A stretch of 64,000 bases of DNA from Cyanobacteria bacterium REEB446 (lineage in GTDB: Bacteria; Cyanobacteriota; Vampirovibrionia; LMEP-6097): NCBI GenBank assembly GCA_018970325.1, contig JAGWWP010000001.1, positions 7,889 through 71,888 of the forward strand. Direction: 5' to 3'. Positions 31,045 to 41,683 of the stretch are shown here, piece by piece (position 1 is the first letter of the stretch; the number at the start of each line of letters is the position of its first letter). A program made the position numbers and the translations under genes. The notes beneath the pieces were generated by a model. That model made no database searches. It saw only the letters and a program-made list of their open reading frames with translations, and was not told where the DNA came from.

Positions 31045-32290
31045 GCTTCAAAAACTCAGGTAGATCTACTGGATCACGATAAGTTTTCTCACGAGCTTTG
31101 GCTTCAGGAGTTTTAGTTATAGAGCCACTAGAAGTAATAGGAGTCTTGATAGTAGATTTGTTATTATACGCACTCTTATTATTTGAGAAGAACAGATTAT
31201 TAGGATTACCTGTTGATGCAGAATTATTAGTGCTATTACCAAAAGTACTACCGATTAGAGATGAGAAAGAAGATTTACTTTCTTTAGGATTGTGAGATGC
31301 TGCACTAGAAAAGCCTCTAGCCATCTCAGTCTCTTGTGCTGCAAAACCAGTCGCTATAACAGTGATCTGAATTTCACCCTGCATTCTTTCATCAATTACC
31401 GCACCGATAATAATATTCGCATCTTCGCTAACTTCGTCATAGATAGACTCAGCAGCTTCATTAACTTCGTGAAGTGTAAGATCAGCACCACCAGTAACAT
31501 TGAAAATGATTCCTGTAGCACCTTTAATAGTGTTTTCCAGAAGAGGTGAATTAATCGCTTGGCGAGCGGCTTGTATAGCTCTACCTTCACCAGAAGATTT
31601 ACCCATACCCATAATCGCATTACCAGCAGCTAGCATAACGCTTCTTACGTCAGCGAAATCTACGTTAATAAGACCAGGAACAGTGATGATATCACTGATA
31701 CCTTGTACACCTTGAAGTAAAACATTATCAGCTAAAGAGAAAGCAGCCGACATACTAGTCTGTCTTTCAGTGATGTCTAGAAGTTTATCGTTAGGTATAA
31801 CAATAAGAGCATCTACTTTACCTTTAAGTTCAGTAATACCTTCTTGAGCTAATCTGATTCTTTTTCTACCTTCGAAGCTAAATGGCTTAGTTACTACACC
31901 TACAGTGAGTATGCCCATTTCTTTAGCTACGTCAGCGATAACACAAGAGCTACCAGTACCAGTTCCACCGCCCATTCCAGCAGTGATGAAAATCATGTCA
32001 GCATCGGCTAAGGCATTCCTAATTTCTTCTTTACTTTCTTCAGCAGCGCCACGGCCAGTTTCAGGATTACCACCTGCACCTAAACCTCTAGTTAATTTAG
32101 AGCCTAATTGGATTTGGTTAGCTGTCTGAGAATTTTTTAGGGCCTGAGTATCAGTGTTAGCCACCCAGAACTCTACAGAATTTAAGCCAGAGCGAATCAT
32201 GCCATTGATCGCATTACAGCCCGCTCCACCAGTTCCAAAAACTTTAATTTTCGCACCAGATTGGTTATTATCAAAATCAGAAAAACTCAT
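31037..32290 (-). CDS. ftsZ: Cell division protein FtsZ
   Basis: [41 protein letters not shown]. Confidence 0.99.
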   Translation of the reverse strand: MSFSDFDNNQSGAKIKVFGTGGAGCNAINGMIRSGLNSVEFWVANTDTQALKNSQTANQIQLGSKLTRGLGAGGNPETGRGAAEESKEEIRNALADADMIFITAGMGGGTGTGSSCVIADVAKEMGILTVGVVTKPFSFEGRKRIRLAQEGITELKGKVDALIVIPNDKLLDITERQTSMSAAFSLADNVLLQGVQGISDIITVPGLINVDFADVRSVMLAAGNAIMGMGKSSGEGRAIQAARQAINSPLLENTIKGATGIIFNVTGGADLTLHEVNEAAESIYDEVSEDANIIIGAVIDERMQGEIQITVIATGFAAQETEMARGFSSAASHNPKESKSSFSSLIGSTFGNSTNNSASTGNPNNLFFSNNKSAYNNKSTIKTPITSSGSITKTPEAKAREKTYRDPVDLPEFLKLK

Positions 32291-32335
32291 ATAGTTTAGA
32301 TACTAAAGCCATATGAGAAAGCCGTCAAGAGAATT

Positions 32336-33886
32336 TCAAAAATTTTTGAATCCCTTAACCTGAGGTTTTTGCCCCTTCTTATTTATAGTCAACGTTTTCT
32401 TATGACTGTTATTAGGGCTAATTTGTTCCATAATTTTTTTCTGTTTTTTAGAAAGTCCTAAATTCTGCATTAAAGCTAGGGGATCTAAGGAAGCAGGAGC
32501 GGTTTCTGGGGATTTAAACATGGAAAGCATAGGACCCATGGTTTTAAACATCTGGCTCATTTTATTAAACTCTGAAACCATTTGATCTATATGTTTAGAA
32601 TCTAAACCAGAGCCTTTAGCTATACGCTGCTTACGCGAACGTGAAGATGCATCAGTGTAGAGTAGCTGAGGATTTAGTTTTTCCTGTTTAGTCATACTGT
32701 TTATGGCAGCTTTAAATTTAGTAATTTTTCTAGAACTTTCCTGAATAAGATTTTCTTGCTGTAAAGAAGATAAACCCATCTGCTTCATCATCGAACCCAT
32801 GCCCATCATCTTCGCGATAGAACCCATGTCGCCTAGCTTAGACATCATATTCTGAGCGCTAATAAAGGTTTCATAATTAAAGTTACCTTTCATAAGTTCA
32901 GCTTCTAATCGCTGAGACTCTTCTTCCTCGAATCGTTTATGCGCGCGCTCTACCAAAGATAAAACATCACCCATGCCTAGGATACGGCTCGCTATTCTGT
33001 GTGGGTGAAAGTTTTCTAAGTCCTCAAGCTTCTCACCTACTGAGGCTAATTTAATAGGTTTTTTAATCGCTTCAGCGATAGAAAGCGCAGAACCGCCCCT
33101 GGTATCACTATCTAACTTACTTAAAGCGACAGCAGTAACGCCTATCTGCATATCGAAGGCTTGAGCCACATTTGCAGACTCTTGACCGATTAGAGAGTCT
33201 ATTACTAAAAGCTTTTCACTGGGCTTAATTTTCTTTTCGAAGACTAATAGTTGAGCCATTAGGTCTGTGTCTATCTGCAAGCGACCAGCAGTGTCATAGA
33301 TTACTACATCGTATTTATTTTCATTAATCTGCTTTTCAGCTAGGCTAGCCACTTCCATTAAGTTCTGTGTCGCAGGTATTTCTAAAAAGTCTACCCCAGC
33401 AGATTCTGCGAGAATAGATAACTGCTTTATCGCAGCTGGTCTCTGTAAGTCACAAGGGACTAAAAGAATTTTCAAGCCCTGAGCTTTTAGATTGTAAGCC
33501 AGTTTCCCTGCTAGAGTAGTTTTACCAGAACCTTGCAGTCCGAGTAACATTATAGAATTTACAGAACCCTTTTTAATATTAAGATTTAGTTCTGTACTTA
33601 ACTCTTGCTCTTGATTAGGATCGCCGCCGAGTATCTCTATCAGTGCGTCATTGATGATTTTAACTACTTGCTCGCCTGGTTTAATTCCCCTAAGCACTTT
33701 TTCACCATAGGCTTCTTTTTCTACTCTGTCTATAAAAACTTTTACAGCATTGAGACTTACGTCAGCTGACAGTAAAGCTTTTCTGATATCCTGAATAGCA
33801 GATTCAATATTCGCTTCACTGATCTTGCTTTGACCCGTTAAAAACTGTATACTATCTTGTAATTTCTCTGTTAATTGATCGAACAT
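32336..33886 (-). CDS. ffh: Signal recognition particle protein
   Basis: GLQGSGKTT, DLQRPAAI.QL, DTAGRL, RIASRILGMGDV, Met-rich M domain, RIAKGSG. Confidence 0.98.
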   Translation of the reverse strand: MFDQLTEKLQDSIQFLTGQSKISEANIESAIQDIRKALLSADVSLNAVKVFIDRVEKEAYGEKVLRGIKPGEQVVKIINDALIEILGGDPNQEQELSTELNLNIKKGSVNSIMLLGLQGSGKTTLAGKLAYNLKAQGLKILLVPCDLQRPAAIKQLSILAESAGVDFLEIPATQNLMEVASLAEKQINENKYDVVIYDTAGRLQIDTDLMAQLLVFEKKIKPSEKLLVIDSLIGQESANVAQAFDMQIGVTAVALSKLDSDTRGGSALSIAEAIKKPIKLASVGEKLEDLENFHPHRIASRILGMGDVLSLVERAHKRFEEEESQRLEAELMKGNFNYETFISAQNMMSKLGDMGSIAKMMGMGSMMKQMGLSSLQQENLIQESSRKITKFKAAINSMTKQEKLNPQLLYTDASSRSRKQRIAKGSGLDSKHIDQMVSEFNKMSQMFKTMGPMLSMFKSPETAPASLDPLALMQNLGLSKKQKKIMEQISPNNSHKKTLTINKKGQKPQVKGFKNF

Positions 33887-33906
33887 TGGATTTTAAATTT
33901 TAGCAA

Positions 33907-34161
33907 ATGCGCATCACCTTGATTTTAGTAGTCTTATTCACCTTACCCTTGGTAAATAGTTTTTTCGTGAATACGATTACACTCGTGAAAAATATTAGTG
34001 AGTATGTCTATTTAAGGCAGAAGAAGCAGGATTTAATCTGTAAAAAGCAGGATCTTTCTGAAAGGATAAAGACTTTTAATTCTAGTGCGAGTATTAAGAG
34101 GACTATTAAAGAGAGGATTAAGTTAATAGAGGCTAATGAGATTCTTTTGAAGTTGGGTTAG
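33907..34161 (+). CDS. FtsB/DivIC-like small bitopic protein
   Basis: N-terminal TM, coiled coil, ending IK..IKE.I.LI..NEI like septum-formation initiators. Confidence 0.5.
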   Translation: MRITLILVVLFTLPLVNSFFVNTITLVKNISEYVYLRQKKQDLICKKQDLSERIKTFNSSASIKRTIKERIKLIEANEILLKLG

Positions 34162-34202
34162 GAAAGTCTCCTACCAAGTAATTTCAAAGCTATACTTTAA
34201 AT

Positions 34203-35429
34203 ATGTCTGCTATCTTAAAGCGAGATTTAGAAAAAACGGTAAAAGAATTACTTCAGGATTTTCCGTGTGTAGTACTTTTAGGAGCTAGACAGGTAGGTAA
34301 ATCTACCCTCTTAAAGAAGGTATTGCCAAATGCTGAATTTGTTGATTTAGAGAGAAAAGATACCCTTGAGATGTTGAGCGCTGAGCCAGAATTGTTTTTA
34401 CGAGAAGCTTCTTTGCCTTTGATTATTGATGAAGCTCAATTCTGCCCAGAACTCTTTCCAGCTCTAAGGGTTAAGATAGATGAAGATAGAAAAAAACATG
34501 GACGTTTTTTAATTAGTGGCTCTAGTTCACCGCAGCTTCTTAAAAATATTAGCGAATCACTAGCTGGCAGGGTGGCTATTTTAGAAGTGCCAACTTTAAC
34601 TTGGTCTGAGGCTTTTGAGCTTCGCTCATCTAAATTTTATGATTACTTAGATAAACCTGAAAAATTTATAAATTTAAAAGCACTTTATAAGCTAGAAAAG
34701 CTTCAGGAGTTAGCTTTGTTTGGCCTGTATCCAGAGGCTTTTTTGAAAAGAAAAAAATTAGCATCTTACGATACTTGGGTTAGATCATATTTTGATACTT
34801 ACATAGAAAGAGATATCCGCACTTTATTTCCTAATTTAAAGTTAGACAGTTACAGAAGGTTCATTAAAATGCTGGCTTTCTCTTCTGGTGAGCTTTTAAA
34901 TGCTTCTAGCTTCGCTCGTTCTTTAGATATTTCTCAACCTTCTGTGAAAAATTATATGGAAATAGCAGAAGGGACTTTTCTTTGGCGGCGTTTAGACTGT
35001 TATCGTGAAAATGCAAAAAAACGTCTGGTGCAAATGCCTAAAGGGCATTTAAGAGATAATGTGATTTTAAATTATCTTCTGAATATCAATACTGTAGATG
35101 ATTTGAAGTCTCACCCACAGTTTGGAAGGATTTGGGAAGCTTTTATTATAGAGCAGATTATTAAAAATCTCGATCAGAGACTATATAAACATAAAGAATT
35201 TTTTTATAGAACCCATAATCAGGCTGAGATTGATTTAATAGTTCAGGGACGCTTCGGCTTAATACCTATAGAAATTAAATCTGGATTAAGCGTAAAGAGG
35301 GAGCAGTTAATAGCGATGAAGAACTTTATAGAAGAACATAACTGCCCTTATGGAATACTGATTAATAGTGCAGAAAAGGTTTTAAAGTTATCAGAAAAAA
35401 TATATCAAGTGCCAGTGAGTTTTATTTAA
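34203..35429 (+). CDS. AAA_14 + DUF4143 ATPase
   Basis: GARQVGKST, IIDEAQ, SGSS, SESLAGR, TYIERDI, EIDL...IEIKS. Confidence 0.92.
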   Translation: MSAILKRDLEKTVKELLQDFPCVVLLGARQVGKSTLLKKVLPNAEFVDLERKDTLEMLSAEPELFLREASLPLIIDEAQFCPELFPALRVKIDEDRKKHGRFLISGSSSPQLLKNISESLAGRVAILEVPTLTWSEAFELRSSKFYDYLDKPEKFINLKALYKLEKLQELALFGLYPEAFLKRKKLASYDTWVRSYFDTYIERDIRTLFPNLKLDSYRRFIKMLAFSSGELLNASSFARSLDISQPSVKNYMEIAEGTFLWRRLDCYRENAKKRLVQMPKGHLRDNVILNYLLNINTVDDLKSHPQFGRIWEAFIIEQIIKNLDQRLYKHKEFFYRTHNQAEIDLIVQGRFGLIPIEIKSGLSVKREQLIAMKNFIEEHNCPYGILINSAEKVLKLSEKIYQVPVSFI

Positions 35430-35580
35430 GGTAATGATAGAGAGCTTATTTACTTCTAGAACAAGAAACTCCCTTAGGAACATAGTTTCACCTCGCTATA
35501 TGGATCATGTATTCTCTCAGCTAAAAATTTATTATCAAGAGAAAGGCTCTCCGTTGAAGAGTTTTTTAGCGGACGATCAA

Positions 35581-35725
35581 TAATTTTCTTGAAGTTGCTT
35601 TCCCCTTCTCCAAGGAGTATTTAAGTCTCACCCCCCAAGTCAAGCGTTTATTAAGTAGTCTAAGCAAAGAAATGACGAGAATACAGATTCAAGACGGCCT
35701 TGGATTAAAAGATAAAAAGAGTTTT
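35581..35725 (+). pseudogene. Remnant of a gene with Fic-like C-terminal winged-helix domain
   Basis: Start-less frame reads FLEVAFPF...LTPQVKRLLSSLSKEMTRIQIQDGLGLKDKKSF, resembling the wHTH tail of Fic and AlbA/HATPase proteins. Confidence 0.5.
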
Positions 35726-35747
35726 GGGGGATTTATAAGATTCTTTA

Positions 35748-36831
35748 TTATTCATCTAAAGCCTCAATGCAAGAAAGCATTTGCCGAGGATTAGTGATAT
35801 AAGTATCTTGGCGTTTTTGCTCATCATTAGCAGCGTAAACTAATATCTTTCCATATTTTAAATCGGGGAAGGTTTTTTCAAAGTAATCTAAATTTTTTAA
35901 AAAATCCTTCGTAAAGGTTTCAGCAGATTTGATCTCTATAGGTAAATAACAGTTCCCGATATTATAAATGATATCAATCTCTTTCTGTGAGCCATCTCTA
36001 TAAAAACAAAGATTGTTTTTTTTGCCATTATTATAGCGGTGCTTAATCAATTCATTTATAACTAAATTTTCAAAAAGATTCCCTCTCAAAGGATGACTGT
36101 GAAGGTGTTTCTCTTTCTCTATATCTAATAAATAAGCTGCAAGGCCTGTATCGTAAAAATAGATCTTCGGTGATTTAATAAGCTGTTTTTTAATATTAGT
36201 AAAAAATGGTGGTAGCAGATAAATAATATAGCTAGCCTCTAATATACTGATCCACTCTCTAATAGTGTTGTGTGATACGCCTAGATCGTCTCCGAGGTTT
36301 TGATAGTTAAGAATCTGCCCGACTCGTCCAGCACAGAGTTTCAAAAATTTCTGGAATAAATGTAAATTTTTTAATTCGCTAATCTCTCTTACATCCCTCT
36401 CTACATAGGTTTTTATATAATCTCTCATGAAAGCCTCTACTGGAATGTCCTCCTCGTATAATTTAGGATAACTACCCTTAAAGATAAGCTCATCATAAGA
36501 AGGAGGTTCTTTATAATAACTACTAATTTCTTTTAGGCTGTATGGAAGTAAACTAATAATCGCGGTTCTGCCTGCTAAAGACTGGTTTATGGAGTCTAAA
36601 AGATTAAATTGCTGTGACCCTGTCAGGATAAACATTTCTTTGACTTTTTTTTCGTCGACTATTGCTTGAATATATGAAAGTAAAATTGGCACTCTTTGAA
36701 TTTCATCTAAGATTGCACCATCGGGGTATTGGTTTAAAAAGCTTTCTGGGTCATCCTGTGCGAAGCTTCTCGATTTAGGATGTTCTAAATTAACATAAGG
36801 CTTATTTTTAAAGATCTTTGTTAATCAGCAT
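35748..36831 (-). pseudogene. AAA_14 + DUF4143 ATPase, 5'-damaged (Walker A missing)
   Basis: Frame extends upstream of the called GTG as KIFKNKPYVNLEHP...FAQDDPESFLNQYPDGAILDEIQRVP, then hits a stop. The ATG at 36831 is out of frame and no GxRQxGKT motif is present. Confidence 0.75.
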
Positions 36832-36846
36832 ATTTTACTTTTACCC

Positions 36847-36877
36847 AATAAATTGTAAGTAGCACTTACAATTTATT
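36847..36877. promoter_or_regulatory. Perfect 14-bp inverted repeat (operator or terminator)
   Basis: AATAAATTGTAAGT-AGC-ACTTACAATTTATT between the res stop and the AAA pseudogene start. Confidence 0.6.
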
Positions 36878-36925
36878 AGATTTCTTTGTTTTATTATATA
36901 GCAGACTTTTGGAAGATTTATAAAT

Positions 36926-39418
36926 TTACCCTCCCATAATCTCCTGTAACTGACACATCTGCGAGTCTTCATGAATGATTACCCCAGTAAATCCGAAGGC
37001 TTCTATAGTCTCATCTAGAGAGGATCTCTCTTGATAGTGCTCACTTAAAAATTCTAATAATTCATGCTTATATTCAGTATCTTCATTACCTCTTAGGTGT
37101 TTACCTTTAGTTTCTATGAGGATATAGTCGAATTTATTTTTCTGCTCAAGCTGTTTTTTAATTAGAAAATCTGGATAAATACGGCGTTTCTCCCAGCCTT
37201 GTAAATAATAGTCCTGACGCTCATTTATTCTATGCCACCAAGCGGTTTTACTGAAATCATATTCGAGCTGAGTTATACAGTTTCTCTCTAATTCATTAAA
37301 CCAAATGGCGTAAAGCGGACTGAAGAGATTTTTTTTCGCGAACTTGCCATCTTTTAACGTAAATTCTTCTAATTCTTTAGGGCTGTCTAGCTCTAGCTCT
37401 CTTGGTATCTCATAATATTCTTCCTGAAGAGAGAATTCTAATTTATTTTCCTTAGACCATTTTTTGAAGAGCTTTTCAGCTTCATTGTAAATTTGTTTTT
37501 GTAAATCTAATTTAATTTCTTCTATCAAACCTAAAGCATCTCTATGTTTACTAATTAGATCTAGATGAGGTTTTAGGATATCGTAAGCTATCCATGCGTT
37601 GGGGATTAGGTCTTTAAATTTCTGTAAAATATAAATCGCCTCTAGTGGAGCCTTTTCTCTATTTAAATTTTTTTCTATCGCATCTATATCGAAAAGTTTT
37701 AAAGTCTCTGAATCACGGTCACACACTATCTTTTTAATAGTATCGAACTGATCTGAATTTTCATAAGAGCTAAGCTCTTGTCTGAGCTTGATTTTAGACC
37801 AGTCTATTTCTGGGAGTATATGTTCTATCCAGTTAAATTCAGTAGATTCACCCGATTCTAGTTTTAAAGTTATTTTTGGAAGATAAATTTTGTCTTCTTT
37901 AAAATTTTCTTTTCTTTTGATTTTTACTTTTCTCGGATTTAGATTTTTTTGGGCTTCTGGATTATTTTCATCTTGAGTTCTTAGGGAGTTTTTTATATCG
38001 CCGTAACCATGCTCTTCTAAAGACTTCTTAATTCCATCTGCAACCTTTTTAACATTACTGTTAAACATATAAACGAAGCTTTCATTTAATTCAGGATAAT
38101 CTGGAATCTGTTTAGTATAAGGCTGCCGTAGGATTCGACCTAGCATTTGAGTTAAGGCTGTTTCAGCAAGGGTAGTATCTAAATTACATAATATATAAGC
38201 GAAAGGACAGTCCCAACCTTCTGCTATGGCATATCTCGTAATAATGTATTTAATTCTACACTTATGACTACGAAGCTCTATTTTCTCCAAATCATCTTTC
38301 TCAGAGGATTTAATGGCGATTTCTTCTAAAGGTATTCCAGTCTTTAGTAAGTAGTCTTTTACATCTTCTGCATGAATGTACTTAGAGTCTCTTGTGTCTT
38401 TCCCCGTTCTTTGAACTCGAATTAGCATGATGGGGCGAATATATACATCATCTTCTGCCTGATTCATTTCTGCGAATTTATCTAACTGCCTCAGCTTTTC
38501 TAAAGATCTATCTAAGCAGGTATTCCAGTTATTTCCAGCGGTCTGGGTTACAGTTATAGGCATCTTAATCATCTGTTCTTTCCAGAGATCGAAGCCCTTA
38601 GCTTCATAGAGAATGCTAGATCTCTCTGAGGGAGTGGCACTGAGTTCTAGAATAAAAGAAGGATTAAAATTAATAATATTTTCTTTTGCTTTGTCAGTTT
38701 TCTGTCTATGAGACTCGTCTAGAATAAATAGAGGCTGTTCTATGCGTATAAGATTAGCGAGAGAGTGCTTAATAGTGGTGTTAGGGAACTGTTTATAAGT
38801 GATAACGCTTTCACTGAAGCTATCTAAGTTCGGGAAGTTTTTTTTCAGGAAAAAATTATCACCAGCTTCAGTATATTCAGGAAAATAATTCGAGTAGAGA
38901 GCTGAATCATCGTAGATCTTACGCTTATCCTTAGTCTCCTTACCGATATTAAAAGATTGTATAGTTAGAACTAAGACGCAGAGATGAGTTTCTAAGTCAT
39001 TTTTCGTAATGCGACTCTCTTTATTAAAAATCTTCAGTTTACCGAAGGCACTATTCTTAAGGCTTACATGTAAAGGATGCTGAATATCATTTAACTGCTT
39101 TAAAGTCTGTTTGTAGATAGTATCAGAAGTAGTCACCCAGATTACTAAGCCACTGTGTTTTTTATAAAAATATTCTTGGATTTTTTCTATGCAGTGTGCT
39201 GCTAGATAGGTTTTACCGCCACCTGTAGGTAATTTAAAGCAGACTTTAGGTATGGGTTTGCCGTTAATATTCCTAACATTATGATAAGGATATTTTCTTT
39301 GGACTCCTTGAAAAGAACGTTCTATATCATCATGAAATTTGTATAGATTTTCTATAAATATAGCTAAATGCTCTAAAGCTTCTCTTTGATAGGATTTTAG
39401 CTCAAAAATACTTGCCAT
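36926..39418 (-). CDS. res: Type III restriction enzyme Res subunit (SF2 helicase + PD-(D/E)XK nuclease)
   Basis: PTGGGKT, ILDESH, LELSATP, EGWDCP, QMLGRILR, IYPDFL...IETKG. Confidence 0.9.
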   Translation of the reverse strand: MASIFELKSYQREALEHLAIFIENLYKFHDDIERSFQGVQRKYPYHNVRNINGKPIPKVCFKLPTGGGKTYLAAHCIEKIQEYFYKKHSGLVIWVTTSDTIYKQTLKQLNDIQHPLHVSLKNSAFGKLKIFNKESRITKNDLETHLCVLVLTIQSFNIGKETKDKRKIYDDSALYSNYFPEYTEAGDNFFLKKNFPNLDSFSESVITYKQFPNTTIKHSLANLIRIEQPLFILDESHRQKTDKAKENIINFNPSFILELSATPSERSSILYEAKGFDLWKEQMIKMPITVTQTAGNNWNTCLDRSLEKLRQLDKFAEMNQAEDDVYIRPIMLIRVQRTGKDTRDSKYIHAEDVKDYLLKTGIPLEEIAIKSSEKDDLEKIELRSHKCRIKYIITRYAIAEGWDCPFAYILCNLDTTLAETALTQMLGRILRQPYTKQIPDYPELNESFVYMFNSNVKKVADGIKKSLEEHGYGDIKNSLRTQDENNPEAQKNLNPRKVKIKRKENFKEDKIYLPKITLKLESGESTEFNWIEHILPEIDWSKIKLRQELSSYENSDQFDTIKKIVCDRDSETLKLFDIDAIEKNLNREKAPLEAIYILQKFKDLIPNAWIAYDILKPHLDLISKHRDALGLIEEIKLDLQKQIYNEAEKLFKKWSKENKLEFSLQEEYYEIPRELELDSPKELEEFTLKDGKFAKKNLFSPLYAIWFNELERNCITQLEYDFSKTAWWHRINERQDYYLQGWEKRRIYPDFLIKKQLEQKNKFDYILIETKGKHLRGNEDTEYKHELLEFLSEHYQERSSLDETIEAFGFTGVIIHEDSQMCQLQEIMGG

Positions 39419-39422
39419 AAAT

Positions 39423-41195
39423 TTAATCCTCTGAATCTTCTAGGTTATTTAAGACGTTAGCGGAATTGATTTGTAAGTACTGATAAGGGATTTGGCAGAT
39501 AATAGGTTTTTTCGTATACTTCTCTTTCTCAATAAGGCTTTTAATGCTTTTATTATCCACATAAATAGTGACAGCATAAATTAGTGCCTGATAGCCATTA
39601 TCACAGTCTTTTAGAATCTGCTCTAGCTTAGAGCGGCTTAAAGCATAATCGTGGTGCTTCAGTTTCTCTTTATCAGCACTGTATATTAGATAGAGTTTAT
39701 AGTTTTCGGTTTTACCGATGTAATGTGAAGCGTTTTCTGTTACGTTACTTAAAGCTTGATTAGTAGTGTGATAAAAAAGGTAGCTAGCAAGTGCCTCATA
39801 GCTAGGTAAGTCTTTTTCTAAAAATAGAGTATTTAAATGTAAAGCTTCTCCTAACTTTACTACGGTGAAGCTGCCGCCTAGACCTTCTTTAAGCTTAGGG
39901 TCTTTAGCTGTTGCTACACCTTCTATGCAGCGACGGATTCTTGCAGTGGTGATTTCGAAAATGTTTTTGAAGCCTTGCTTGGAGGCTTCTTCTGATTCTT
40001 CAGGCTGTTGTATTAGAATAAACTTCCTGCTTCCACCATCTTCTTTATTCATTTCTAGGACAGCGTGTCCAGTGGTTCCTGAGCCTGCGAAGAAGTCTAG
40101 GATTAGAAAATCTTTATCAAAGTCAGCTAAACTATTTAACAAGTGTTTGAGTAAATAAACAGGCTTAGAATAATTAAAGACAGGCTGTTCAAATATTTCT
40201 TTTAAATTTTCAGTTGCATTCTCGTAATTAAAAGATTTTTCACTGAGTATGGATCTTATTTTTGAGATTTTATTTTCCTCAAAGTAGATTTTTTCAAATA
40301 CGTCAAATCTTTTTTCACTCTTATTCTTAACAACTCTAACAATTAATTTGTTGATTTCTTTATTTACGGTATCTTTAGACCAACGCCATCTACCATCCTC
40401 ACCGTTAGATAGTTTAGGTAATATCTCTATAGCATTATTAGATTTTCTTTCTGTTGAAATTTCTGAGTTTTGTGCATCATAAAAAATAGGGAAATATTGA
40501 TTAGGAGCGTCACTCCTCTTTGAGTCAGCTCCACGTTTTCTGAGACCCCTTTCTTCATAAGCTTTTCCTTGATTATCAGATTTGTTATAATTTTCAATAC
40601 CTTTAATAAAACCAAATGGTAAAAGATTTGTTTTTAACTTACTGAAGCAAAGAATATATTCATGCTCAGATGCCGTGTGTTTCTTGGCTTGGTTACCACG
40701 GGGATTAGATCTTACCGTGAAAGTCTCTATATAATTATCTTCATCGAAAATTTCATCAAGCATGATTTTTATATGAAAAAATTCAACATCATTAATACTA
40801 ATAAAAATGACTCCGCTTTCTGAGAGCAGTTCCCTCGCTAATACCAAGCGTGGATACATCATACAAAGCCACTTATCATGCCTTTGTAGATCTTCTTTAC
40901 CGACCACGTTTCCAAGCCAGCTCTTTATCTGAGGGCTATTTAGATTATCGTTATAAACCCAATTCTCATTTCCAGTATTATATGGCGGGTCTATATAGAT
41001 GACATCAACTTTAGAAGCGAATTTGGGGATTAGAGATTTTAAAACTTCTATATTATCACCTTCGATAATCAAATTATCATCTAGACTGGGTTCTGGACTT
41101 AAGCTATCCTGCTGATCTATCTTCAGCTCCCTAACTGCTAGTGAGTGATGATAATTTATTACAGCGTCTTTTCCTTCCCAGATTAGTTCAGGCAT
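39423..41195 (-). CDS. mod: Type III R-M adenine methyltransferase Mod
   Basis: [49 protein letters not shown]. Confidence 0.93.
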   Translation of the reverse strand: MPELIWEGKDAVINYHHSLAVRELKIDQQDSLSPEPSLDDNLIIEGDNIEVLKSLIPKFASKVDVIYIDPPYNTGNENWVYNDNLNSPQIKSWLGNVVGKEDLQRHDKWLCMMYPRLVLARELLSESGVIFISINDVEFFHIKIMLDEIFDEDNYIETFTVRSNPRGNQAKKHTASEHEYILCFSKLKTNLLPFGFIKGIENYNKSDNQGKAYEERGLRKRGADSKRSDAPNQYFPIFYDAQNSEISTERKSNNAIEILPKLSNGEDGRWRWSKDTVNKEINKLIVRVVKNKSEKRFDVFEKIYFEENKISKIRSILSEKSFNYENATENLKEIFEQPVFNYSKPVYLLKHLLNSLADFDKDFLILDFFAGSGTTGHAVLEMNKEDGGSRKFILIQQPEESEEASKQGFKNIFEITTARIRRCIEGVATAKDPKLKEGLGGSFTVVKLGEALHLNTLFLEKDLPSYEALASYLFYHTTNQALSNVTENASHYIGKTENYKLYLIYSADKEKLKHHDYALSRSKLEQILKDCDNGYQALIYAVTIYVDNKSIKSLIEKEKYTKKPIICQIPYQYLQINSANVLNNLEDSED

Positions 41196-41252
41196 GATTT
41201 TCTCCCACGAATATGTAAGAGCCTAGGATTATGTCCTAGACTATGGTTTAGT

Positions 41253-41525
41253 TAATGATTACTTTAGTGAAAATACTAAAGTTTAAGGAAAGCTATTTAA
41301 TTTTTTATATCATTAAATAGCCGGGAGTTGATAAATCGCTACAGGACGACTACTGCAATCTTTAAGCCCGAAGGCTTTGGACATGCATTACAGTCTCCCG
41401 GCTTTTTTAAAACCGAGAGATATCGTTTTGACAGTCGGATATCTCTATCGACTGCCTGTAGTGAGGCTATCAAACCCCAAGGCTCTTTCCTTAAAAAGAA
41501 CCTCGTTATGAATTATAAACTAAGT
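41253..41525 (-). ncRNA. Putative structured leader RNA, copy 1 (upstream of mod-res)
   Basis: Diverged duplicate of 53790-54059 with compensatory stem changes. Minus strand has TATAAT (41512-17), a GCC-UUCG-GGC tetraloop and a 3' terminator-like hairpin. Confidence 0.7.
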
Positions 41526-41683
41526 TGAGCTGTTAGCTAAAAAGTTTATTGAACTAGAATCAATGAACGCCTCTTATATATTCGATTTGATAGGCTATGA
41601 ATTAGTATCAGCTGATCTTGAGTAAATCTTCACAGAAAACCTGAGCCATACAAAAGCTGAAGAGCAGTATAATTACAAAAAGA

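Noticed and set aside
41253..41525. Element as retron msr-msd, CRISPR/tracrRNA, group I intron, tmRNA or IS end
   Set aside because: No reverse transcriptase, cas or transposase gene in the window; no repeat-spacer array; no interrupted host gene or convincing P7 core; no tRNA-like CCA end. 6S RNA is not formally excluded, but the multi-hairpin interior differs from a simple rod with a central bubble.
41328..41528. 66-aa + strand ORF inside element copy 1 (and the 62-aa ORF at 54042-54230)
   Set aside because: The TTG start is TTC in copy 2, and the differences between copies preserve base pairing rather than codons. The 54042 ORF is antisense to Fic.
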